Source: an uncultured Anaerolineales bacterium (GTDB taxonomy: Bacteria; Chloroflexota; Anaerolineae; B4-G1). From it: 62,975 bases of DNA. This document shows, piece after piece, positions 9,950 to 22,654 of this stretch. Below the pieces are notes generated by a model. It was not told where the DNA came from and did not search any database. It saw only the letters and a program-made list of their open reading frames with translations. How positions within the stretch are numbered: position 1 is the first letter of the stretch; every line of letters starts with the position of its first letter. The position numbers and the translations under genes were made by a program. The DNA lies in contig CAYVCX010000004.1 of NCBI GenBank assembly GCA_964450435.1, positions 32,982-95,956 of the forward strand, written 5' to 3'.

Positions 9950-11005
9950 TCACCTGACATAGATTGGATTGCTGAAGATCCAACCGCGGCGCGCCAGCCG
10001 GTAACGGAGATAGGCCTCCACGCGGTAAGCGCCGGCCACGGCCGACGTGTAGTCCAGAGTTGTGCCCTTCGAGCGAGCTACGATGCTCCCGTGACGAAGG
10101 AGACGGATGTCAGCCACCCGTGGCGTCTGGACGTCGAAGACGGCGGCGCCCGTCCGGGTCAACTCTCCTCCCATTACCGCGCTATTTGTACCACTACGAG
10201 CACTGAACTCGAACCCAGACGTGGAAGCTGGCAGGTCATACCCGACCCAGGTGCTGCCGGACCTTAGTCCCTCGTATATCAGTCTCTTGTCGTGGTCAAG
10301 GTCCCCGTTGAGCGGCACGTCGGTGAGAACGTGCGTGTTGACGCACCGGAACAGGTACTCGTAGGGAAAGACCTGTCTGCTCACAGGGCCGACAGAGTAG
10401 GTCTCCCCATGTGCGTCAGCGGCGCCAATCACAGCGACCTGCCGTCCGTCGGCCAGCAACTCATCCCACTTGTGAAGCGTGGTTGGGTGCGGACCTCGAA
10501 TACCGACGCCCGGGAAATGAGCATAGAGGAGCGCGGCCAGCTTGTTCCGCAGTAAGCCTTTGAACTCGGACATGTGATTCCACAGCTCAATTCCGAGGTA
10601 CCCCTCCACCTCCCAGTCTTCCCACGGGATTGCTTGCAACTCAGGGAGCACCCGACCGTCGTGCTCGAAGGGATGGGCCAGGTACGAGAACCCACCGCGT
10701 CGGTTGACTTCGTCGATCAGCATCTGGGTGTCGAGGGCCAGTGGCGCCAGCTCAGCTCCTGCGTTGAATGCAAGGAGATGATTATTCTGTGGGTGGCAGT
10801 GCACGCTGTGCAATTCCTCGCCGACCAGGAGCAAGACATCGTCGTAATAGCCCTCAACGCCATCGACCCAAACATTATGATCCGTAGCAATGACGAAGTC
10901 GAGGTCAGCCTGAGCTGCGGCTTCTGCCACCTGGGCGTGAAGCGCTGTACCATCCGAGTAACAAGTGTGCACGTGGGGATTCCCGACATACTCGTACACA
11001 CTCAT
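9950..11005 (-). CDS. PHP-domain metallohydrolase (CehA/McbA-like)
   Basis: HVHTCYSDG, TDHN, AHPF, ADAH motifs. Confidence 0.85.
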   Translation of the reverse strand: MSVYEYVGNPHVHTCYSDGTALHAQVAEAAAQADLDFVIATDHNVWVDGVEGYYDDVLLLVGEELHSVHCHPQNNHLLAFNAGAELAPLALDTQMLIDEVNRRGGFSYLAHPFEHDGRVLPELQAIPWEDWEVEGYLGIELWNHMSEFKGLLRNKLAALLYAHFPGVGIRGPHPTTLHKWDELLADGRQVAVIGAADAHGETYSVGPVSRQVFPYEYLFRCVNTHVLTDVPLNGDLDHDKRLIYEGLRSGSTWVGYDLPASTSGFEFSARSGTNSAVMGGELTRTGAAVFDVQTPRVADIRLLRHGSIVARSKGTTLDYTSAVAGAYRVEAYLRYRLARRGWIFSNPIYVR

Positions 11006-11718
11006 GCCAGTCTCTCCAACAACTCAATGAGTTCACCGTAGTCCGCAAAAGCGGCATCGGCCAAAGGGCGACCATCCTCTCGATGACTGACGCCGAGGAA
11101 CAGGACGGCTTTCATGCCCACGCCGCGCGCGCCGAGGAGGTCAGTCTCGGGCAGATCGCCGATATGCGCCGCCGCCTCGGGATCGACGTCGAGGGTGTCA
11201 AGCGTGCGTAGGAACGCCTCGGGCTGCGGCTTCGCCATGCCCAGTTCATCGGAGAACGTCAGAGCATCGAAGTACGACAGCAGGCTGTCCCGGGACATCA
11301 CCTGGCGCAACACGCGGCCGGGCGTCAGTCCTGTATCCGAGATGACTCCCAGGCGATAACGCTCAGCCAATTCAGGCAGCACCTGCCGCACACCTGCAAC
11401 TGGTCGAGGTAGCTCAGTGGACAAGTAAGCTCTCTGGATTGCGCGACCCAATCGCCGCTGCGTTTCGTCCGGCAGGTCGGCATCCAGGTACGCCAGGAGT
11501 TCGTCGAGCCAGCGACCGATAGAAATCGAGCGCTGCTCCCCACGCCACACCTGATCCCAGACCGATCTGGCCCGGTTGTAAGCTCCCTCGAGTTCATCCA
11601 CCGAGCGCGGCTGACCGTGGCGTTCCAGGACACCACTCAACAGGCTCAACCTCTCCTCACGGGCATAGGCATTTTGGTAGAGTGTGCCCCAGAAGTCGAA
11701 GGTCACAGCTGTCAACAT
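11002..11718 (-). CDS. HAD-superfamily hydrolase (subfamily IA)
   Basis: FDFWGTL, ISDT, KP, HIGDLPETD motifs; overlaps the PHP gene by 4 nt. Confidence 0.9.
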   Translation of the reverse strand: MLTAVTFDFWGTLYQNAYAREERLSLLSGVLERHGQPRSVDELEGAYNRARSVWDQVWRGEQRSISIGRWLDELLAYLDADLPDETQRRLGRAIQRAYLSTELPRPVAGVRQVLPELAERYRLGVISDTGLTPGRVLRQVMSRDSLLSYFDALTFSDELGMAKPQPEAFLRTLDTLDVDPEAAAHIGDLPETDLLGARGVGMKAVLFLGVSHREDGRPLADAAFADYGELIELLERLA

Positions 11719-11989
11719 GCTCAATCCTCGAAGATGTCGTAGTCAGAATGGCTCAAGTGGGTCGATCTTTGTTGGACGCAATCTGGGCTGCATCAGTCTA
11801 AGTACCACGCGTCAAACGTCACGATTCTGGATGCCTCGGCTATCTTATCGTAGCCACCCGTCGTTGTCAAGCAGTCACGATGGATGTATAATCGGCTGAG
11901 TCGCTGAGAATGACTGGTCCAGCGGTAGCCTGACTCAGACAACGACTCCTGCAATCGTCAATGAACATCAGTGGATGTGAGGAAGACGG

Positions 11990-13717
11990 GTGAACAACCG
12001 CCAAGTTGCTGAGATCTTCGATGCCATGGGCGACATCCTCGACATCCAAGGGGCTGATTACCACCGCGTGATGGCCTATCGCCGAGCCGCTGAGAACATC
12101 GCCACCTTGGGGCAACCTATTGAAGACCTATGGCGCCGAGATGAACTGGAATCGATCCCTGGGATTGGCACCACGCTGGCTGCCAAGATCGACGAGCTCA
12201 TGCGTACGGGGGAGCTGCGGGCATACGAGGAGTTAAGAGCGGAAGTACCCCAGGGCGTTGTAGACATGCTGCAGGTTTCCGGAGTCGGCCCGAAGGGTGC
12301 TGCACGATTCTGGAAGGAGCTCGGGATCGAGAGTATTGAGGCTTTGGAGCGGGCAGCTCAGGCTGGTCGCTTGCGCGCACTCCACGGTTTCGGTGCCAAG
12401 AGCGAGCAAAACATTCTGGACGCAATCAAGTCGTTCAAGCGGCGCACAGGGCGCACGCGCCTGGATGATGCCTGGTCGCTGGCCCAAGAGATTCTATCCG
12501 CGCTGCAGGAGGTGCCGGGCGTGGTCCGGGCCGCCCCGGCGGGCAGTCTGCGCCGGATGCGGGAGACTGTTGGTGACCTCGATCTTCTGGTGGCATCAGC
12601 TGATCCTGGGTCGGTGATGGCGCGCTTCCGCCAGCTCCCTCAGGTACAGGAGGTGCTGCTCAGTGGATCCACGAAGACGTCCGGTCGCGCCCACACGGGG
12701 CTACAGGTCGACCTGCGCGTGCTCGACCCAGCACATTGGGGCACTGCGCTCCAGTATTTCACCGGCAGCCAGGCTCACAATGTGCGACTGCGCAGCCTGG
12801 CACTCGAGCAGGAGCTCTCTCTGAGCGAGTACGCGCTCAAGCGTGGCGACGGCAGCGAGATCCTCTGTCCAAATGAGGAAGAGGTCTACAACAGGCTGGG
12901 GCTGCCGCATATTTCCCCGGAGCTACGCGAGGATCGGGGTGAGATAGATGCAGGGCTCTCAGGGCACCTGCCGGACCTCGTCGAACGTGGGGACCTACGA
13001 GGCGATCTGCAGTTCCGCACCACGCGGTCAGACGGGCACCAGACGCTCTTAGAGATGGCCCGGGGCGCGCAATCACGCGGCCTCGATTACGTCTTAGTGA
13101 CCGATCATTCTCACGGCCTGGGAATCACGGGGGGACTGAGCATTGATGGGCTTCGCGAACAGCGAGCCGAGGTCGCGGCAGTCAACGAGAGGCTTAGCGG
13201 CCATTTGCGTGTGCTTGCCGGGGTCGAGGTGGAGATCAGAAGCGACGGCAGCCTGGATCTGCCCAATGATGTGCTGGCTGGACTAGACCTGGTGGTTGCT
13301 GCCCTGCACGGGGGATTACGCCAGGATCGAGAGCGGCTCACCGCGCGCGTTCTGACTGCAATCCGAAACCCTCACGTGGATATCATCGCCCATCCCAGCG
13401 GGCGTCTGATCGGCGAGCGAGAAGCTGGCGACTTTGATATGGAGGCTGTCTTCTCCGCGGCTGCCGAGACGGGCACAGCCCTGGAGATCAATGCGCATCC
13501 CGCGCGGCTGGACCTCAACGATGTACACGTCAGACGTGCTATTGAGCTAGGCGTAGGATTGGTCATCAACTCCGATGCTCACGACGTGAAAGGATTCGAT
13601 GTTCTTCAATTCGGCGTGGCGACGGCCCGGCGTGGGTGGGCCACCGCCACCGACATCCTCAATACCCGGTCTCTGGAAGACTTGCTCGCCTGGGCTGACC
13701 GCCACCAGCGGCGGTGA
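11990..13717 (+). CDS. polX: DNA polymerase X with C-terminal PHP domain
   Basis: HhH IPGIG, AGSLRR, GDLD, QVDLR, YFTGS..HN; PHP motifs TDHS, AHP, NSDAH. Confidence 0.93.
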   Translation: MNNRQVAEIFDAMGDILDIQGADYHRVMAYRRAAENIATLGQPIEDLWRRDELESIPGIGTTLAAKIDELMRTGELRAYEELRAEVPQGVVDMLQVSGVGPKGAARFWKELGIESIEALERAAQAGRLRALHGFGAKSEQNILDAIKSFKRRTGRTRLDDAWSLAQEILSALQEVPGVVRAAPAGSLRRMRETVGDLDLLVASADPGSVMARFRQLPQVQEVLLSGSTKTSGRAHTGLQVDLRVLDPAHWGTALQYFTGSQAHNVRLRSLALEQELSLSEYALKRGDGSEILCPNEEEVYNRLGLPHISPELREDRGEIDAGLSGHLPDLVERGDLRGDLQFRTTRSDGHQTLLEMARGAQSRGLDYVLVTDHSHGLGITGGLSIDGLREQRAEVAAVNERLSGHLRVLAGVEVEIRSDGSLDLPNDVLAGLDLVVAALHGGLRQDRERLTARVLTAIRNPHVDIIAHPSGRLIGEREAGDFDMEAVFSAAAETGTALEINAHPARLDLNDVHVRRAIELGVGLVINSDAHDVKGFDVLQFGVATARRGWATATDILNTRSLEDLLAWADRHQRR

Positions 13718-13757
13718 GGGCCAGGGCCGCTGACCGGGTCTGGAGGAGGCGCTTCGA

Positions 13758-16700
13758 ATGGAAATAAGACTGGCACGCCGGCTGCTGTTCTGCTCTGGGG
13801 TTCTGGTCCTGTTGCTTTCCACCGGCACCGGCGTCGGTGCTGACGAGCCGGATTCACCAACTCAGATTTTTCTGTGGTCGTCCCGCGGACCGGTGGCGGT
13901 GCAGCGCGATGCGCAGCCCACCGCCAGTGGCGCCGATAGTCCCTGGCCTGAACGGCTCCTGCTGGAACTCCTGAAAGGCCCCACCCCGGCGGAGATGGAA
14001 GCGGGCCTGGAGACCGCGATCCCTGAGGGCACCACGCTGGCAGAGCTTGTGGAGCAACCGGACGGAACGGTAGTTGTCCGCCTGGAGATGCCCCTAGACG
14101 CGCCGCCCTCCCTAACCCACGACTCGTTCGAGGCCACTGTCCATCAAGTCGGCGACACGCTCAGGAGCCTTGACTGGCGCGACCTGCGCATTGAAGTCAG
14201 GGAGCCCGACGGGAGCTTCGTGCCCCTGGCCGAGTTCCTGCCTGAGATTTCCGTCTCACGCAAGACTGCCGTTGTAGGGCTTGCCGCCCCACACACTGCA
14301 CAAGCTGTGCAGTCCCCTGCGTTTGGTCAGGGGCAGCCTGCGGGGGCATTGGCCGGTAAGACCGTCTACGTCAGCGCCGGTCATGGGTGGCACTGGGCAT
14401 ACGACGGACGCTGTGGCTGCGCCCGATGGAAAACGCAGCGACCGGCCTACCCCAGTGGCTCTTCGTACGACGGGCCCATCATCGAGGATCACAACAATGC
14501 CGAGGCAGTGAACCAGTACCTGCTGCAGTATCTGTGGAACTCGGGCGCGGCGGTGTGGCCTACAAGGGAGCGAGACATGAACCCGGCTGAGGTGATCGTC
14601 AACAACGATGCACCGGCGCCTGGCACGGGCTACACGGAGACTGGCCTGTGGTCTACGACGAGCACTGCTGGGACGGGATACGATGGATCGGACTACCGTT
14701 GGGCCGACACAGTCGCCGGTGAGCCGACAGCAAGCGCCACGTGGCAGGCCTCGCTTCCCGTCGATGGGCGTTACGGGGTCTATGCCTGGTACAAACCCGG
14801 GGACAATCGGGCACAGAAAGCCCGTTACGTCGTGCACCACGCGGGTGGCGATACGACGGTCACCATTGACCAGCGGGTACACGGCAGTACCTGGCACTAC
14901 CTGGGCACTTACGGCTTTCTTGCCGACGACGACGCTCGTGTCACGCTGACCAACCAGTCGAACGCGCCAGGTCAAGCAGCGATCGCCGACGCTGTCCGAT
15001 TTGGCGGCGGGACATTCAACGATCTGACTGGCACCGAGACTGGCGCGGACTATCCCCCGGAGAAGCCCTGGTGGGAAGTGGCCTCCTTCTACTATACCCA
15101 GAAGATGGGAATGGAGCCAGCATTGAGCGACGTAACGGCGCGGCCGATTTACGCCCGCTGGGAGCACGGGGGTACAGGCGACGACGCGGTCTACGTCTCA
15201 TGGCATACCAACGGGTACAACGGTACGATACGGGGTACCGAGACGTACGCACACAATGGAACGGGCCAACCCCGAACCGCCGGCAGTCTGGAGCTCCGGC
15301 ACGCCATCCACTCTCAGGTGATCCACGACATCCGTGCGGGCTGGGACAGTGAGTGGGCCGACCGGGGAGAGAAACAGGCAAATCTGGGGGAGTTGCGCGA
15401 ACTGTGGGATGATGAAGACCCGACCGCTAGAATGCCTGGCGCACTGATTGAGATAGCGTTCCATGACAACCCCGAAGACACTGATGCGCTGAAGGACCCG
15501 AAGTTCAATATGCTCGTGGCGCGGGCCCTTTACAAGGGTATCGTCAAATACTACGAGCAGCGAGACGGCGTCACCCTCACGCTTCTGCCCGAGCCACCCA
15601 AACACGTAGTGGTCAGAAACATAGGCGGGGGAGCGGTCCGCGTTTCATGGGAGCCGTCGCCCACAGACAGCCAAGGGCTTCTAGGCGACCCCCCGATCGG
15701 CTATCGCGTATACACCAGCACCAACGGTATCGGGTGGTCAGATGGCAAACTCGTGACAGACGGTACCACTACAACGCTGACCGACCTTCCCAAGGACGAA
15801 GTTGTCTATGTGCGAGTCACGGCTGTCAACCAGGGCGGCGAGTCATTCTCCACCGAAACACTGGCAACCCGCGTAGGGGATCGTACGGGGATTCTGCTGG
15901 TAAACGGGTTCACTCGTCTGGACAACACGTTGCTCATCGACGACAATGATCCGATCGAGGGATACAACAAGCGCATGCTACTCGACCGGATGAATCGGTA
16001 CGACTACGTCATTCAGCACACAGAGGCGATACCGTACCCCTTCGACAGCGCGGGCAGCGGAGCCGTTGACGGTGGGTTCGTCGCACTGGACACCTATCGA
16101 CTGGTCGATTGGATCCTGGGTGAGGAATCGTACGACGACAAGACGCTCAACCACGAAGAGCAAGCTTTGCTGAGGGACTATCTGGATGGAGGAGGAGCTC
16201 TCTTCATCAGCGGCTCGGAAATCGGTTGGGACCTCTACAACCTGGGAGACGCTGCCTCCAAAGAGTTTTTCACACGCTACCTTCGGGCAGCTTTCAGGGG
16301 CGACAACGCAGAAACCTGGGAAGTCGCTCCTGTGCCAGGATCGATCTTCGACGGCCTGGGATCTTTCCGCTTTGATGCCCCAGGCATGTACCGGCCAGAC
16401 TATCCAGACCAACTCGGGGTCTCCTATGATTCGGTAGAGGCACTGACGTATCAAGGGGGACGAGGAGGCGTGGCAGCGACACAGTACGCCGACGGATGTG
16501 AGCGGGTCGTCACTTTCGGCTTCCCCTTCGAGACCATCAACCCAGAGAGCCGCGGGACAGTGATGGATCGGGTGCTGGATTTCCTGGACGAGTGCCTGGA
16601 CTTGCCGGGGAAGGCCACGATCATCTCACCCCTGGACGGGAGCGCACACAATACCGCCCCTGCTTTTGAGGGCAGCACGCCGATCTACAGTCGTGAGGTG

Positions 16701-17258
16701 GAGCGTGTGGAGATCCAATTGGGACGGAGGAGCGATGCCCACTGGTGGACAGGAGAGGAGTGGGCAGACGTGGACAACTCGATTTGGCTCACGGCGGACG
16801 GCACGACGAATTGGTCCTATGAGCTTCCTGGTGATCCTGAACATCTACTGGATGACACCTACGTCCTCCAAGCTCGTACCTGCGCCGACGACGGTACCTG
16901 TGACACGAGGCCGGACCAAGTTGAGTTCATCTATGACACGATAGGTCCACCCAGTACCAACGTCATTACACCGACCGGGGGCATCACGCTGAGAGCCGCC
17001 CGGGTAGAGTTGCAGTGGCAGGCGGTAGAACAGGACAGTGGATCAGAGATCGGTTATCAGGTAAGAATCAACGGACGGGAGTACACAACGTCAGAACCCA
17101 CATACGCAGTCTGGCTGTCCGGCTTAGGGCCACACACATGGACTGTGCGGGTCGTCGATCAAGCGGGAAACGAGTCTGAGTGGGACGACGAGGCGACGTT
17201 CTTCCTGGAGCAATCTCACTGCTGGCTCCCCCTTGTGCTGCGCGAGTTTGATCATTGA
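13758..17258 (+). CDS. Large secreted N-acetylmuramoyl-L-alanine amidase (GerMN-like + Amidase_3 with golvesin-like insert + FN3/Ig domains, C-terminal LPLV motif)
   Basis: Signal peptide; LLKGPT..E..GL.TAIP (GerMN); SAGHG, SWHTN, LIEIAFHDN (amidase); FN3-type VSW..GYRVY; ends CWLPLVLREFDH. Confidence 0.75.
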   Translation: MEIRLARRLLFCSGVLVLLLSTGTGVGADEPDSPTQIFLWSSRGPVAVQRDAQPTASGADSPWPERLLLELLKGPTPAEMEAGLETAIPEGTTLAELVEQPDGTVVVRLEMPLDAPPSLTHDSFEATVHQVGDTLRSLDWRDLRIEVREPDGSFVPLAEFLPEISVSRKTAVVGLAAPHTAQAVQSPAFGQGQPAGALAGKTVYVSAGHGWHWAYDGRCGCARWKTQRPAYPSGSSYDGPIIEDHNNAEAVNQYLLQYLWNSGAAVWPTRERDMNPAEVIVNNDAPAPGTGYTETGLWSTTSTAGTGYDGSDYRWADTVAGEPTASATWQASLPVDGRYGVYAWYKPGDNRAQKARYVVHHAGGDTTVTIDQRVHGSTWHYLGTYGFLADDDARVTLTNQSNAPGQAAIADAVRFGGGTFNDLTGTETGADYPPEKPWWEVASFYYTQKMGMEPALSDVTARPIYARWEHGGTGDDAVYVSWHTNGYNGTIRGTETYAHNGTGQPRTAGSLELRHAIHSQVIHDIRAGWDSEWADRGEKQANLGELRELWDDEDPTARMPGALIEIAFHDNPEDTDALKDPKFNMLVARALYKGIVKYYEQRDGVTLTLLPEPPKHVVVRNIGGGAVRVSWEPSPTDSQGLLGDPPIGYRVYTSTNGIGWSDGKLVTDGTTTTLTDLPKDEVVYVRVTAVNQGGESFSTETLATRVGDRTGILLVNGFTRLDNTLLIDDNDPIEGYNKRMLLDRMNRYDYVIQHTEAIPYPFDSAGSGAVDGGFVALDTYRLVDWILGEESYDDKTLNHEEQALLRDYLDGGGALFISGSEIGWDLYNLGDAASKEFFTRYLRAAFRGDNAETWEVAPVPGSIFDGLGSFRFDAPGMYRPDYPDQLGVSYDSVEALTYQGGRGGVAATQYADGCERVVTFGFPFETINPESRGTVMDRVLDFLDECLDLPGKATIISPLDGSAHNTAPAFEGSTPIYSREVERVEIQLGRRSDAHWWTGEEWADVDNSIWLTADGTTNWSYELPGDPEHLLDDTYVLQARTCADDGTCDTRPDQVEFIYDTIGPPSTNVITPTGGITLRAARVELQWQAVEQDSGSEIGYQVRINGREYTTSEPTYAVWLSGLGPHTWTVRVVDQAGNESEWDDEATFFLEQSHCWLPLVLREFDH

Positions 17259-17293
17259 CGCCTCAAAGCCGCTGACCAACGAAGGAGGCTAGC

Positions 17294-17866
17294 ATGTCGA
17301 GCGACAACTGGATGGAGGAGACCGTACCGAGCCGTCCCGCCGATCCAGGAGAGATCGGCAGTGATGGAAGCCAGTCACCCGAGGGGCGAATTCCTGCTCG
17401 TGTCTGGGTGTTTGCCTTCGTCGCGGGAGCCCTGCTGTTCGCCCTATTCAGCTTCTGGGGACTCTATCTGCTTCAAGGCAGGCAGGGAGCCGCTGGCCCA
17501 ACGCCCACGGCCGTGATCTGGACAGCCACTCCGTCTCCCATTCCGGCGGCCAGCTCCACGCCAACGGCAACAGACGCTTCTGCGGACGAGGAACTGAGCC
17601 CCGCGACTCCTACTGCCCCGTCTGACATTCTCATCGGAGGCTATGTCGAGGTCGCGGGCACAGGGGGGCACGGCCTGAGCTTGCGCCAAGGACCCGGCGC
17701 CAACTACCCTCGCATGGATGTGGCTGCCGAGGGAGAGATATTTGTCGTCGTCGAAGGCCCGCAGACAGCCGCCGGAGCACCCTGGTGGAGAATCCGCGAT
17801 CCCGAGAACGAAGAGCGCTTCTGGTGGGCCATCGCGAGTTATCTTGAGCCGGTGGCACACCCCTAG
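17294..17866 (+). CDS. Membrane-anchored protein with Pro/Thr linker and bacterial SH3-like domain
   Basis: One TM, PTPT/ATP linker, LSLRQGPG...EGP....WWRI. Confidence 0.7.
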   Translation: MSSDNWMEETVPSRPADPGEIGSDGSQSPEGRIPARVWVFAFVAGALLFALFSFWGLYLLQGRQGAAGPTPTAVIWTATPSPIPAASSTPTATDASADEELSPATPTAPSDILIGGYVEVAGTGGHGLSLRQGPGANYPRMDVAAEGEIFVVVEGPQTAAGAPWWRIRDPENEERFWWAIASYLEPVAHP

Positions 17867-18089
17867 TGAAGCCGAGTCGCGCTTTACACCCGCGTCCTAT
17901 AGCAGGCCGTGGCCGCGTGCGGTGACGTGGGCCGAGAAAGGAGCGCAACGGACGCCTGTTCCTTCGGCAGGGAATGCGGTGGAGCAGTGTCTCGTGCTAC
18001 ACGAAGCGCCGTGGCTTGAAAGGCAGGCCCAGTGCCGTCTGGTTGAGCCTCTCAGTCGGGTTCAGGGCAGCATTCCCGGGGAGCGGTGA

Positions 18090-20168
<2,079 letters not shown>

Positions 20169-20272
20169 GGACACCCTCGGGATGGTCCTACAGGTGGTCG
20201 TGGCTGCGCCTGCGTACGTGCGACGGACTTAGCTGCCAAGGGTTCCGCATTTCGAAGAGGAGAGCCCAGGAG

Positions 20273-21475
20273 ATGGGCGAAGTGATATTGAAGAAAGGCC
20301 GAGCGACGCCGATTATCCGGCGCCACCCCTGGGTGTTCTCCGGTGCGATCAAGCACATCACGGGCGATGCAGATCCTGGCGACATCGTTGACGTCTACGA
20401 TGCTGGCCACAATTGGCTGGCCAGCGGATACATCAATCAGCAATCGCAGATCACTGTCAGACTACTGAGCTGGGACGAAACCGAACAAGTTGCCCGTTCC
20501 TTCTGGCACCGCCGCCTGGAACGGGCCATTCTTGCTCGCCGAGCCCTCGCCGATGACCCGGCGACGACAGCATACCGCCTGGTGCACGCCGAGTCCGATT
20601 ATCTGCCCGGATTAGTCGTCGATTGCTACGCCGACTGGCTGGTGGTGCAGTTCCTCACACTGGGGATGGACCAGCGCCGCGGACAGTTTGTGGAACTGCT
20701 CGCCGATCTGCTGGCCCCCAGCGGCATATTCGAGCGTTCTGACGTCGACGTGCGAGAGAAGGAGGGGCTGGAACAGCGGGTGGGCGCCCTCTACGGCGCT
20801 GAGCCACCGTATCAGATTCAGATCCTCGAGAACGGTCACCGATACCTGGTCGATGTCCGCGAAGGTCACAAGACAGGGTTCTATCTCGATCAACGGGAGA
20901 ATCGAGATCAGGTAGAGGCCCTCTGCAAGGGCCTTGGCAGCGGTCCCGACGTACTGGACGCGTTCGCCTACAGCGGTGCCTTTGGTACGTATGCAGCAGC
21001 AGGCGGCGCCTCGAAGGTGACCCTAGTCGACAGCTCCGGTCCAGCGCTCAATCTGGCACGACAGAACCTGGCGCTCAATGGCATCACGCTCTCGCAGGGG
21101 GTAGAGTATGTTGAGGGAGACGTTTTCAGTATCCTGCGAGGGTATCGCGCTGAGGACCAGCGGTTCGACGTGGTCGTGCTGGATCCACCCAAATTCGCCC
21201 GCAGCAAGCGCGAGGTCGAACGTGCCTCAAGAGCCTACAAGGACATCAACCTCCTCGCGTTTCAGCTTCTCCGGCCGGGTGGCTTGCTGTTCACCTTCTC
21301 GTGTTCTGGTCGGGTGTCAGCCGATTTGTTCCAGAAGATCGTCTTCGGCGCGCTTGCCGACACGTGTCGCGACGCTCAGATCATCGGGCACTTAGCCCAG
21401 GGCTCTGATCATCCTGTGGCGCTGACCTTCCCCGAGGGCGCTTACCTCAAGGGGTTGGTCTGCAGAGTCTGGTAG
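20273..21475 (+). CDS. rlmI: RlmI/RlmK-type SAM-dependent rRNA methyltransferase (PUA domain)
   Basis: HPWVFSG, HAESD.LPG, GHKTGFYLDQR, LDPPKF, FSCSG, YLK. Confidence 0.88.
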   Translation: MGEVILKKGRATPIIRRHPWVFSGAIKHITGDADPGDIVDVYDAGHNWLASGYINQQSQITVRLLSWDETEQVARSFWHRRLERAILARRALADDPATTAYRLVHAESDYLPGLVVDCYADWLVVQFLTLGMDQRRGQFVELLADLLAPSGIFERSDVDVREKEGLEQRVGALYGAEPPYQIQILENGHRYLVDVREGHKTGFYLDQRENRDQVEALCKGLGSGPDVLDAFAYSGAFGTYAAAGGASKVTLVDSSGPALNLARQNLALNGITLSQGVEYVEGDVFSILRGYRAEDQRFDVVVLDPPKFARSKREVERASRAYKDINLLAFQLLRPGGLLFTFSCSGRVSADLFQKIVFGALADTCRDAQIIGHLAQGSDHPVALTFPEGAYLKGLVCRVW

Positions 21476-21627
21476 TCGCTCACCGGTTCTTGCCATCCTT
21501 TGGAGTCTGACATAGAATGAATCGCTGTGACCAGCTCACATTATAGGGGAGATCACGTGGACAAGTCTGATGCTTGCTTGCCGACGCTTCGGCACCTGGC
21601 CCTGCCCAGAGTAGGGAGCTCTGCATA

Positions 21628-22548
21628 ATGCAGATGCCAGCAGAGTACATCGCTATTATCGCCAAGGCTGTGCTGTCCGTGCTGGCGATGGCCCTGGCGG
21701 CTGTGGCGAACCGTCTGCTTCGGAACCTGTTGAGGGCAAGGTTTGCGGAGACATCCCAGGCCGATACGATCTTCATGCTGGTGCGCAACGGCGTGTTCTT
21801 GGTTGGCGTCAGTGTGGTTCTGCTCATCTGGCTCGGGGCGGGCAGCAATTTCGCTGTGGCTATGGGCGTCCTGGGCGCGGGCATAGCGTTCGCATCGCAG
21901 GAGACCATTGGTTCTTTCGCCGGCTATCTCAGCGTCGTCACCGGCAGCCTCTACCGCCTGGGGGACCGGATACAGATCGGCAGTGTGACAGGAGACGTTC
22001 TCGACATTACGATGCTGCGTACCACACTCATGGAGATCGGTGAATGGGTCGGTGCTGACCAGTACACTGGTCGCGTGGTAACGATCGCCAACCGCGCCGT
22101 CTTCTCTGAGCCGGTGTTCAACTACACCCACCATTGGAGCTATCTCTGGGACGAGATCACGATTCCCATCAGTTATGACAGTGATTGGCGCCGGGCTCAG
22201 ACGATCATGCTCGATCACGCCCACGAGTACACCGCGCATCTCCAAGGCCAAGCGCGGGTTGAACTGCGAGATCTGATGAAGCATTACCCAGTGTACGAGG
22301 AAACCGTGGCGCCGCAGGTCTATGTTGTGATGACGGACAATTGGGTCGAGATGAGCCTGCGATACGTCGTGGAGGCGCGAGAACGGCGAAGAATGGCGGG
22401 GGAGCTTCACGATGATCTGCTCCGTCATTTCGAGGACGAGCCAGACATCACGGTGGCCTCGGCCACATTCGAGATCGTGGGCTTTCCGCCGCTAACCGGC
22501 AGCCCTGGTAGACCTCGAGACCGGGATTCTACCTCGGCATCGGCCTGA
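21628..22548 (+). CDS. MscS-family mechanosensitive channel
   Basis: 3 TMs, GIAFASQE, GDRIQIG..GDV..I..TTL, VFNYT. Confidence 0.88.
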   Translation: MQMPAEYIAIIAKAVLSVLAMALAAVANRLLRNLLRARFAETSQADTIFMLVRNGVFLVGVSVVLLIWLGAGSNFAVAMGVLGAGIAFASQETIGSFAGYLSVVTGSLYRLGDRIQIGSVTGDVLDITMLRTTLMEIGEWVGADQYTGRVVTIANRAVFSEPVFNYTHHWSYLWDEITIPISYDSDWRRAQTIMLDHAHEYTAHLQGQARVELRDLMKHYPVYEETVAPQVYVVMTDNWVEMSLRYVVEARERRRMAGELHDDLLRHFEDEPDITVASATFEIVGFPPLTGSPGRPRDRDSTSASA

Positions 22549-22654
22549 ACGCGGCGCCTCGGCCGTCATAAGAGAGGTGAGCGGCCGCCCGGCGAGTTGG
22601 CTGACTCCGGGGTGACCCGAAGGGGACGCTCGTAACTGCGGGACAGGAGAAAGA

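Noticed and set aside
11724-11990. LexA box upstream of polX
   Set aside because: The best match (GAACATCAGTGG) is too degenerate; only a TATAAT -10 is evident
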